IMG/VR virus record: IMGVR_UViG_3300034220_000029
Span: 526-64,525 of that record
Strand: one strand, 5' to 3'
DNA: 64,000 nt
Source of the DNA: a virus
The notes under the pieces are model-generated. The model had not been told where the DNA came from. It worked only from the letters and a program-made list of their open reading frames with translations, and searched no databases. The stretch's first letter is position 1. Each line of letters starts with the position of its first letter. The translations under genes and the position numbers were made by a program. Positions 46,026 to 53,379 of the stretch are shown piece by piece.

Positions 46026-46969
46026 TCCTCGTCCCCTATGGCTTTGCGAATCTCAACTGGCACATGGTCGCCGCGGTAAACGGCGTCGCAGACGGCTTCG
46101 GTCGTAGCGGCGACGCTCAGGCCCTCTGGGACCTTGACCTCGAAGCGGGTGACGCTGCTGCAGGCGTTGCCGGGAGCCTGCGAATCGATCGTGAAGCGCG
46201 TCTCAGCCTCTTCCTGAGTACGGAACCACATGACGTGCTCGTTGCGGGTCACGGGGCGCTCGATCACCACACCGTGCACCACCGAGGTCTTCTCCTTCGT
46301 GCCGGTGACGCGCTCGATGACCGAGTCGATACGCTCGGCAGACTTGTCGATGAAGGCACGCAGCTCGTCGAGCTTCTCGACAAGGTCGTTATGCTTGTTC
46401 ACGCACATGGCGATGTAGTCAACCTGGTTGCGGTTGCGCGGCCCGACGGTCGACAAGATCGGCTCACCGTCGCCGTCCACCAAGGCCCATCCGTGGCCGG
46501 TCGTTCTGATATGCACCGGCAGTGCGAACGGCGCAGCATCGAGCTCGGCCACAGGCTCAAGCACCCGCGGCATCAGCTCGTCAAACGTGGTGGGCAGCAC
46601 GCAGTAGCTGCTGTTGCCCCAACGCACAGCGCAATCGAAGTCAAGGCCTGCAGCGCGCTCGATGAACGCCCCCGCCGTCTCGTTGTTGTCTAGCGCCTTG
46701 AAGCGCTTGCTGTAGTTGGCCAGAACGATGGTCATGCCCTCGACACGCTGGGCCAGCCCGATCACGTCCGCAACGTATTTCTCGCGCGGTGTCGGCTCGG
46801 CAGACTCATCAACCACCAGCACGAGGTCGCTGCTTGAGAAGCAGTGCTGCAGGCCCGCCCTGTCTCGCACCCGCGCCCAGTTGGCGGAGATTTTCGTGTA
46901 GAGGATGTGGGTCACGTTCGATTCAAACTCGTCATCCACCGCTATCGAGTCAAAGCGTACGGTTTTCAT
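46022..46969 (-). CDS. Multi-domain hypothetical protein (315 aa)
   Basis: Coupled ORF. Confidence 0.75.
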   Translation of the reverse strand: MKTVRFDSIAVDDEFESNVTHILYTKISANWARVRDRAGLQHCFSSSDLVLVVDESAEPTPREKYVADVIGLAQRVEGMTIVLANYSKRFKALDNNETAGAFIERAAGLDFDCAVRWGNSSYCVLPTTFDELMPRVLEPVAELDAAPFALPVHIRTTGHGWALVDGDGEPILSTVGPRNRNQVDYIAMCVNKHNDLVEKLDELRAFIDKSAERIDSVIERVTGTKEKTSVVHGVVIERPVTRNEHVMWFRTQEEAETRFTIDSQAPGNACSSVTRFEVKVPEGLSVAATTEAVCDAVYRGDHVPVEIRKAIGDEE

Positions 46970-47328
46970 GCTGGTGCCCTTTCGATGGCGGTGTCGAGCA
47001 CCAGCAGCACGTCGGCGTGCTTGGTGTCTTGGTGGTCGTTGAACTGGGTCATCAGCCAGGAGGGTGCAAACGCGGTGCCGGTGTCGTGTTTCCGGGTAGG
47101 AAACAACTCAAGCAGGATCGGCGCGACAGCCTCACGCACCTCAAGGGCCCTGCCGAAGTGCCCTTGCGTCGCGACGTCCACACCACCGAAGAAGCAATAG
47201 CAAACCGCGTCAGCCTCCAGGGACGACGTGGGCCCACCAAGCGCGTCCCGGCCGAAGGCGCCCTTGGTCCAGCGCTCCTTGTCAGCGAGGACCTCGCGTG
47301 TGGCGATCAGGTCAGATTTGAGTGTCAT
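46966..47328 (-). CDS. DUF6197-like protein
   Basis: WTKGAF...CYCFFG...FNDHQDTKHADVL (family name from memory). Confidence 0.75.
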   Translation of the reverse strand: MTLKSDLIATREVLADKERWTKGAFGRDALGGPTSSLEADAVCYCFFGGVDVATQGHFGRALEVREAVAPILLELFPTRKHDTGTAFAPSWLMTQFNDHQDTKHADVLLVLDTAIERAPA

Positions 47329-47717
47329 GCTGCCACCTCTTCCATCGTGACGGGCAGGGTGGCATTGACGGGGGTTTCAGCCGGCGCGTCCATGTCGATT
47401 TGAACCTCAGCCGCAAGGCGCAACGACCAGCCACCCTCGACAAGGGCATAGGCAAGCATCCGGCCGGTCGTGGCGTAGCGCTCACGCAGGGTGCGGGCCA
47501 CCTTGTACAGGGGGCCGAACTCGACTCGTGCGGGGCCGTCGTGGCCGAGCATGAAAGACTCGATGGTGGCGCGCAAACGCTGTGACAATGGGCTGCGCTC
47601 CAGTACCAGACGGTGTCGGTGGTACGGGCCAGACCCAGGTAGGGCAATGGCCACCATCAAGGTAAAATCGCCATCCCCGGGGATGGGGGACGTGGCTGTC
47701 GCTCTGACTTCGTTCAT
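47325..47717 (-). CDS. Hypothetical protein
   Basis: Hairpin + GGAG RBS. Confidence 0.75.
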   Translation of the reverse strand: MNEVRATATSPIPGDGDFTLMVAIALPGSGPYHRHRLVLERSPLSQRLRATIESFMLGHDGPARVEFGPLYKVARTLRERYATTGRMLAYALVEGGWSLRLAAEVQIDMDAPAETPVNATLPVTMEEVAA

Positions 47718-47825
47718 AGTCGGACTCCAAAAAGGTGCAACAAAGCGTTGCGGGGTGTGAGCGATTGTGCTCGGGTCTGTAGGACTGTGCTAACTATTTT
47801 TGTAGGACAGTCTTATTTTCGTGAA

Positions 47826-48314
47826 TTAGTTATCGGAACGCGGCTTGCTCCCCAAGCGGTTTGACCGGCAGGAACTCAAGAATCTGCGAGCCATCTGGAT
47901 CATGGGCAGCGAGACAAGGATTTGGCGGGCGCCCCGCACAGCGTTCAAGAAGGCGACCTTGTCTTCGAGGTAAACCGTGTCGTAGCTCCCGTTCCACGAC
48001 GGGTTCGCCACCAGCTTCATCGGCGGAGCGTCATCGAATCGCACGGTCACGATGCACTGCTGGCTGCAGTTAATCATGCCTTTGCTGACTGCGACGCTGA
48101 CCCCAGTGCCCCGCTGCATCCACCCGAGGCTCAGCACACCGTGCACGGGGCCGTCGAAGGGCGGCTTCAGGCTCAGGGTGTTGCTGCGGACGGTGGCGCC
48201 GTGCGACACCTCGTTCGTCATCCGGTCAGTTTTGGACACGAGAGTCCATTCAGCCTGTGCCGAGAAGCAGCACAGAGCGGCGATCAATGCGAGGGTACGG
48301 GGCAGGGTCTTCAT
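47826..48314 (-). CDS. Secreted protein, possibly frameshifted near C-terminus
   Basis: Signal peptide MKTLPRTLALIAALCCFSAQA; VRFDDAPP; GGAG RBS. Confidence 0.8.
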   Translation of the reverse strand: MKTLPRTLALIAALCCFSAQAEWTLVSKTDRMTNEVSHGATVRSNTLSLKPPFDGPVHGVLSLGWMQRGTGVSVAVSKGMINCSQQCIVTVRFDDAPPMKLVANPSWNGSYDTVYLEDKVAFLNAVRGARQILVSLPMIQMARRFLSSCRSNRLGSKPRSDN

Positions 48315-48378
48315 GGTGGCTCCAGTAAAAGTGGTCACTGAATGTACAGTCTGGCGCCAGCCCCGTATATGGACAAAT

Positions 48379-48594
48379 TTACAGTCCCTGGCCTTTCAGC
48401 TCGCGCACCTTGCGCAAACCAGACTTGGCCTGCTTCAGGGTTGCGTCGAACTCCTCAAGCGTCGCACGGTGCGATGAATCAAGGCCTGCAGCCTCCGCCA
48501 GTGCGGCGCGTGTGGCCAAGGTGTTGCGGTACATCCTGCTCAGCGCGCTCACTTCGGCGTTGGTCAGCGGTTTGAATTCGGGGTCGGTTCTCAT
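48379..48594 (-). CDS. Hypothetical protein
   Basis: Helical ORF. Confidence 0.65.
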   Translation of the reverse strand: MRTDPEFKPLTNAEVSALSRMYRNTLATRAALAEAAGLDSSHRATLEEFDATLKQAKSGLRKVRELKGQGL

Positions 48595-48595
48595 G

Positions 48596-48865
48596 TCAGT
48601 CCCCGACAACGTCTGAGCCTTGAACTGCGGCGAGATCAACCTTCACCTTGGCGTGAAGGCCCCGCATGCCGAGGGCGTGGCGCAGTTTGCTGGCTGCCTC
48701 AAGGGCATAGGCCCTGCTGCGGCCGTTCACGCCGCCCAGCAGGTCGTGGATGGCTTCGAGCCCGGCTCGCATGGCCACGGTGTCTCGGTCGGTGGCGGCG
48801 CGGGCCGCAATGTTGTCGACGAGCTGCCGGGCTACGGCAGCGCGCTCAATGTTTGGGTCAGTCAT
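48596..48865 (-). CDS. Hypothetical protein
   Basis: SD AGGA + ATG. Confidence 0.7.
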   Translation of the reverse strand: MTDPNIERAAVARQLVDNIAARAATDRDTVAMRAGLEAIHDLLGGVNGRSRAYALEAASKLRHALGMRGLHAKVKVDLAAVQGSDVVGD

Positions 48866-49085
48866 ATTTGTGGTTCCTGTGTGATTTCAGTCCGGGAGCG
48901 ATCTTGCAGCAGGCCGAGTAGTGGGCTTCGGCGCCCTCCACATCGTCACAGCGCACCTTGGTGTGGACCTCGCCGTCGGGGTCCCTGAGGAGCACAGCGT
49001 ACATGCCCCGGACACCGGCCTCCCGCTCCACGCTGACATGCGCCCCGTTTTTGTAGGTGCGGCTCTTTGGTTTTCGCATCGGCAT
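48858..49085 (-). CDS. Hypothetical protein
   Basis: SD GAAGGA + ATG at 49085. Confidence 0.7.
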   Translation of the reverse strand: MPMRKPKSRTYKNGAHVSVEREAGVRGMYAVLLRDPDGEVHTKVRCDDVEGAEAHYSACCKIAPGLKSHRNHKYD

Positions 49086-49256
49086 GGCGTGTCCTTCATG
49101 TTGGCGTTGTCGGGGCGTCGCGGGTATCGGCTGTGACCCAGGTGTGTCGCGTAGGCGAGGGGCACAGCGGGTGAGGGTGAGGGTGACAGGGGCGGTGACG
49201 TTGTCGGGGTTGTCGCCGGATGGCGACAACTTTGACGTTGTCGGGGTGCGTTTCAA

Positions 49257-49630
49257 ATGGGAAACGACCTTAGACCGTTGATTTCATTGAAGAATAAAAA
49301 TTCCTGATTTGCAAAATAGGGGTGCAGGGTAAAACGGCCTTTTTCATGAGAAAGTTACAAAGTACGTTTCACATTATGAAATGAAGTAAAAAAATAAAAG
49401 TGATTCCACCAGCTTCGGGGGACTTATATTTAACTACTCTTTTTTCTGTTTCTATTCAACAACTTGATCGCGTTTTTCTGCAAAAATGTGCCTCTTTTTT
49501 GAGCACAGCTGGATACTTGTCCAGTGGTTTTTGTCTGTTACAACTGTAACGATGCTATCAATTTTGACGTGAGTAAGCGCTAATTTAAGGCGTTTAATTG
49601 GGGACAGAGTAGCGATTTTGTTACAACTTG
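49257..49630. promoter_or_regulatory. AT-rich non-coding tract, candidate origin or packaging/control site
   Basis: Clearly lowest GC in window; no plausible ORF; flanked by oppositely oriented motif copies. Confidence 0.55.
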
Positions 49631-49687
49631 CGCTCCAGACCTGCCCCCGACAACGTCATGCACCAAATCAGTGCCAAAACTATGCAA

Positions 49688-49759
49688 ATTTCACATTGTG
49701 GAACGCCCAGGACCTGCCCCCGACAACGTCAAGCGCAGGAAAATTCCACAATGTGAAAT
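49688..49759. repeat. Perfect 16-bp inverted repeat enclosing one motif copy
   Basis: ATTTCACATTGTGGAA 49688-49703 and TTCCACAATGTGAAAT 49744-49759. Confidence 0.9.
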
Positions 49760-49792
49760 GTCGAGGGCCCAGCCCCCGACAACGTCACCGTC

Positions 49793-50044
49793 TCAGGCAA
49801 AGACGGCGGCCTGATTCCTGGCCGCCCAGTACGTGCGGCCTGCCAGAACGGGCGCTGGTGCCGGTTCTTGGTAGAAGTCAGCCACCAGCACTGGGTTATG
49901 CCCGTCCGTGGCGTACAGGCGCCCTGAGCAGGCCCTGGCGCGGCTTTCCGATCGAGCCCTGTTCTTGCTCAGTACACCGTAGCGGGTGAAGACAGCGCCG
50001 GGCATGGTGACGTTGTCGGGGCGCATGACGTAGTACAGCATCAT
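49793..50044 (-). CDS. Hypothetical protein
   Basis: ATG overlaps stop of upstream peptide. Confidence 0.7.
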   Translation of the reverse strand: MMLYYVMRPDNVTMPGAVFTRYGVLSKNRARSESRARACSGRLYATDGHNPVLVADFYQEPAPAPVLAGRTYWAARNQAAVFA

Positions 50045-50106
50045 GCACCCAGCAAGGCGGTCAGGGCTTCGTCGAGGACAGGCAGCTCAGGGGTGTAGTC
50101 GATCAT
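50041..50106 (-). CDS. 21-aa peptide MIDYTPELPVLDEALTALLGA
   Basis: Hairpin + GGAGTTCAAC-ATG; stop overlaps next ATG. Confidence 0.6.
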   Translation of the reverse strand: MIDYTPELPVLDEALTALLGA

Positions 50107-50968
50107 GTTGAACTCCAAATGAGGCGCAAATCGCGCCGGGTTGCGGGACAAGGCAAAGAGCAGGGTCCGTGTGCAGGGCCCTGTTATTTGCCCCCGACAA
50201 CGTCAATGCCTCTGGCGGCGGCGTTGTCGGGGACTCAGGTTTTAAACCGCGTCTCAAAGCGAGACGGTTGGCCGGCCAGTGCCGGGATTCCACAGTACGC
50301 GCCCTGTGTTATGGCGTTGCATATACCCTTGCGATCGGGTTCGTTATTCAGCTTATGCGACCACCTCCCGCCCCGTCGTTGTCGGGGTTTGCCGGAGTTG
50401 CTGCATATTCCTTTTTCAGGTTCAGCACGGCGCTGCAGAACAGCGCGCTACTCGTGGGGATGTGTCATCGCACCTGGCCATTGCTTTCGCGGGACCATGG
50501 GCTCAGCAGTGGTGTCTGCTGGTTGCGGGCTTTCACCGGCTAGGCCTCTGTGATGTGCATGGGTCAGTCGATCGGTCGGCCTGTTGTGAGTGACTTGGCC
50601 GCCGTCAATGCTGGTTCAGCATCACATAGCGTAGGGCTGCCACGGGTAGCCCGTCAGGGCCCGCAATGGTGGCAGCTTGGCAGTGCCTGCACAGCAAGCC
50701 CCGACAATGTGAGCGCCTTCGAGCGTGAATCCGGATGCTGCAACTGGTGCGGGCAAGGGGACAAACGCTGTCCAGGTGGGGGCCATAGAGGCCGCCACGG
50801 GGCAGGGGCGCCGACGGTACTAGCGCTATGCGCGCTGGCGTTGTCGGGGATACTGTGCAAACTTTTAAGGGGCGGCCCGGGTAACGGATTCACCGGGCAT
50901 GGGCTTAGCGCCGATGCTGGGGGAAAGCGTTACCGTATCCCTTTCGGGGGGCGAGCAGTGCGATGACT

Positions 50969-51007
50969 GGCTTTAGGATGCTATCATTTTGATAGCATGC
51001 TAAAGCC
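50969..51007. repeat. Long palindrome (17-bp stem, one mismatch, 3-nt loop)
   Basis: GGCTTTAG-G-ATGCTATCA-TTT-TGATAGCAT-G-CTAAAGCC. Confidence 0.85.
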
Positions 51008-51030
51008 TGCTTTTGCAGGCTTCAGGGTGT

Positions 51031-51555
51031 TTATGCTGTGATGGCCTCCTTTTTGGCAAGGGCAGCGCGCAGGCTGTCGCGTTCAATGAGCACGCTCGCC
51101 AGCTCTGCCTCAAGGCGCGCGATTTTCTGCGCTGGTGTTTCCGCTGTCGGGTCTTTAGGCTTCTTCACTGCGTCCTTGAAGAAGCCGCACCACATCCCGG
51201 ACAGCTCTACCATGCGTGCATCATGGTCGTCCTGATCCTTGGCGCGTCCATTGGCAGTGAAGTCCTGCAGGGCATGAATGCAGGTGGCACGCCACGCGCG
51301 GGCACGGGAAGACTTCAGGGTGTCGGAGTGCAGGCGCTTGAATACCTCAGCTGTAGCAGTGAGGGCGGAAAGCTCAGCCTTGCTACCACCGGAGGCAATC
51401 ATGCTGCTGAAGACAGGCGCTACAGCGTCGAAGGTGGCAGGGCCTACCTCTGCACCCTTGAGGGCCAGCAGGGCAGCGGCAATGCTGAGGGGGGAGTATT
51501 TGAGGGACACGACAGCAGGACGCTTGGCGCTTGGGGCGGTAGTGGTGAGGGACAT
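51031..51555 (-). CDS. First leftward early gene, helical Ala-rich protein
   Basis: Hairpin + AGGAG RBS; C-terminal coiled coil. Confidence 0.8.
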   Translation of the reverse strand: MSLTTTAPSAKRPAVVSLKYSPLSIAAALLALKGAEVGPATFDAVAPVFSSMIASGGSKAELSALTATAEVFKRLHSDTLKSSRARAWRATCIHALQDFTANGRAKDQDDHDARMVELSGMWCGFFKDAVKKPKDPTAETPAQKIARLEAELASVLIERDSLRAALAKKEAITA

Positions 51556-51632
51556 AGTAAGGACTCCTAAGTGTGGGCAAGGTGCCCGGTGTAGGGATGC
51601 GTTATTGCTTCCCATGCCCGCAATTATGTACC

Positions 51633-51822
51633 CATTTATTAGGTCATAGTGTTGTATTTAAGGGAATGCAAGAATAAAAGAATAAATAAATGTAATGAGT
51701 TGTAACAACTGACGTATAGCCTTTATTGGGTCATTTTCGGGGCCTGGCCGTCCCTGGGCCCAAATCCGCGGCGGAAAAATTCTAGAAACTTTCTGACCTA
51801 ATAAATGTGTTCCATGTATAAT
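51633..51822. promoter_or_regulatory. Divergent promoter region with inverted TGACCTAATAAATG operators
   Basis: 14-bp exact inverted copies 51633-51646 and 51794-51807, 1-mismatch 12-mer at 51722-51733, TATAAT at 51817-51822. Confidence 0.7.
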
Positions 51823-51828
51823 CGGCGC

Positions 51829-52260
51829 ATGCCTAAAATTGCACGCCCTCGTCCAGAATACGAAGCCCTCGTCCAGCGCATTGCGCGCGGCGAGATCACG
51901 CGCCCCGAAGCGGCCACACTTGCCGCTTCCAGCACCGGTCTGAGCGCGAACACCTTCCTCAGCTGGCTGCGCAGCTCCGGCAGGGTGAAGGACTTGATCG
52001 ACCGACGCGGTACCGTTGGCCAGAACAGCATCCACGCCCACAAGGACCCCGACAAGGTCCTCGCCTACGAGAACGCCCTCAACGCGGTGATGGGCGGAGA
52101 CCTGACCATGGTCGCCGCGGCCAAGAAGTTCGACGTCTCGTACCGCTACCTGGTCAAAAAGGTCCACAAGGCGAAGGAAAACCTCGACAAGGCCCTCGTG
52201 GAGGAGCCGATCCCGAACCTGGAGCGGGCCATCTACGAGGCCTCGGCGGCCCACCTGTGA
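51829..52260 (+). CDS. Tandem-HTH DNA-binding protein, candidate repressor
   Basis: TRPEAATLAASSTGLSANTFLSWL and TMVAAAKKFDVSYRYLVKKV (psq-like HTH). Confidence 0.65.
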   Translation: MPKIARPRPEYEALVQRIARGEITRPEAATLAASSTGLSANTFLSWLRSSGRVKDLIDRRGTVGQNSIHAHKDPDKVLAYENALNAVMGGDLTMVAAAKKFDVSYRYLVKKVHKAKENLDKALVEEPIPNLERAIYEASAAHL

Positions 52261-52305
52261 CAGCGCGGCGCACGCGCACAGCCAGGCGCACCCCGACAGG
52301 GGTAG

Positions 52306-52890
52306 CCAAACCGCCCCAGACAGCCCCAATATCCTTCGTGGAAGGGGCCGAAATCGCCGCAGATCGTCAAGAAACCAGCGAAATCCAACACGATTTCAGC
52401 GAAAAGTGCCCCGAAAAGGGCGAAAACAGGGCTAAAGGGCCCTGAAATCGTTGAAACTGGGCCCCAGAGAACGAAAAAGCAGAAGGAGCGCCACAACGAG
52501 GCCCGGCGGCGCCGCTACCACGCGCTGACGCCGGCCGAGCGCTCCGTCAGGCGCTGGCGCCACGAGGCCAAGCCGCCGATCCCGCGCCCCGGCACCGTTC
52601 GCTCGCGCCACCCGCGCCACTGCGCGCTGGCCAACGCCTTCTGCGACTATTCCGACATCGAAGACGTCATCCGCACGTACATCGCGTGCGCGGTGATGAA
52701 CGAGCTCGGCTGGGGCGTGGTGTACACCGTCGACCACCTGGTGCCGCTCACGTCCCCGCTTGTCTGCGGCTTGCATGTGCACTGCAACTTGGCCGTCGTC
52801 GCGCACCTGGAAAACTCCCGCAAGGGCAACTCGATCTGGCCGGGCATGTGGCCGATGGATTGGGGGACGCTTGATTTGCTGCTGATGTAG
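52306..52890 (+). CDS. HNH endonuclease, start uncertain
   Basis: VDHLVPL...VCGLHVHCNL....ENSRKGN; frame open from 52306 but first ATG/GTG at 52690-52693. Confidence 0.75.
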   Translation, partial: PNRPRQPQYPSWKGPKSPQIVKKPAKSNTISAKSAPKRAKTGLKGPEIVETGPQRTKKQKERHNEARRRRYHALTPAERSVRRWRHEAKPPIPRPGTVRSRHPRHCALANAFCDYSDIEDVIRTYIACAVMNELGWGVVYTVDHLVPLTSPLVCGLHVHCNLAVVAHLENSRKGNSIWPGMWPMDWGTLDLLLM

Positions 52891-52941
52891 TCCCAGTATG
52901 GTCCCGCTTCAGAACAACAAGAGCCGCTCAGCGGCCTGCCC

Positions 52942-53379
52942 ATGGATGATGTCCCCGATCTGCCAGTAGCCGCGTCCAACGCGGCGCCAGGCAAGAAGAC
53001 CAGCGTAGCGCAGTTCGACCTCACGGCGATGCCGGTGAACGAGCTGCTGTCGTTGCGTGCGCAGATTGAGGCGCGGCTGCCGGCCAAAGACCTCAAGGAC
53101 ATGGACATGGCGCGCGAGCTGGTGCTCCAGGTGCTGGTGCTGCAGCAGATGCAGCAGGTGGTGCTCGACGACGGCGACACGCCGGCCAACCAGAAGGCCC
53201 AGGTGGCCAACAGCCTCTCGGCCGCGCTGATCAACCTCGTGCGGCTCCAGACCGACGTCTACACGAGCGAGCGGCTCAAGCAAATCGAGCAGGCGCTGGA
53301 GGAGACGATCAACGGCCTCGATGAGCCCGTGCGCACGCTGTTCATGGACCGGTACGGTACCGCGCTGGGGGTCCTGTGA
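52942..53379 (+). CDS. Putative terminase small subunit
   Basis: Helical 145-aa ORF overlapping TerL start. Confidence 0.65.
   Translation: MDDVPDLPVAASNAAPGKKTSVAQFDLTAMPVNELLSLRAQIEARLPAKDLKDMDMARELVLQVLVLQQMQQVVLDDGDTPANQKAQVANSLSAALINLVRLQTDVYTSERLKQIEQALEETINGLDEPVRTLFMDRYGTALGVL

Larger units (their letters stand above)
49105..50849. repeat. Cluster of 11 exact copies of CCCCGACAACG / CGTTGTCGGGG
   Basis: Starts at 49105, 49199, 49236, 50011, 50222, 50377, 50839 (CGTTGTCGGGG) and 49645, 49718, 49774, 50192 (CCCCGACAACG). Confidence 0.95.

Noticed and set aside
49688-49759. DnaA boxes or parS
   Set aside because: TTCCACA cores have at least 2 mismatches to TTWTNCACA and do not match the parS palindrome.
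49105-49787. attP with integrase arm-type sites
   Set aside because: The locus is 48 kb from int, no core inverted repeat with a 6-8 bp overlap was identified, and the motif is dispersed in genes. Kept only as a minor alternative.
49105-50849. CRISPR-like or regularly spaced array
   Set aside because: Repeats are only 11-21 bp, occur in both orientations with irregular spacing, and no cas genes are present.
50150-51030. Protein-coding ORFs listed in the track for this interval
   Set aside because: No RBS, atypical codon pattern and Pro/Arg/Cys-rich translations; treated as non-coding control DNA.
51740-51790. cosN site (CCGCGGCGG followed by AAAAATT)
   Set aside because: Only a vague resemblance to lambda-type cos; cannot be supported without read-end data.
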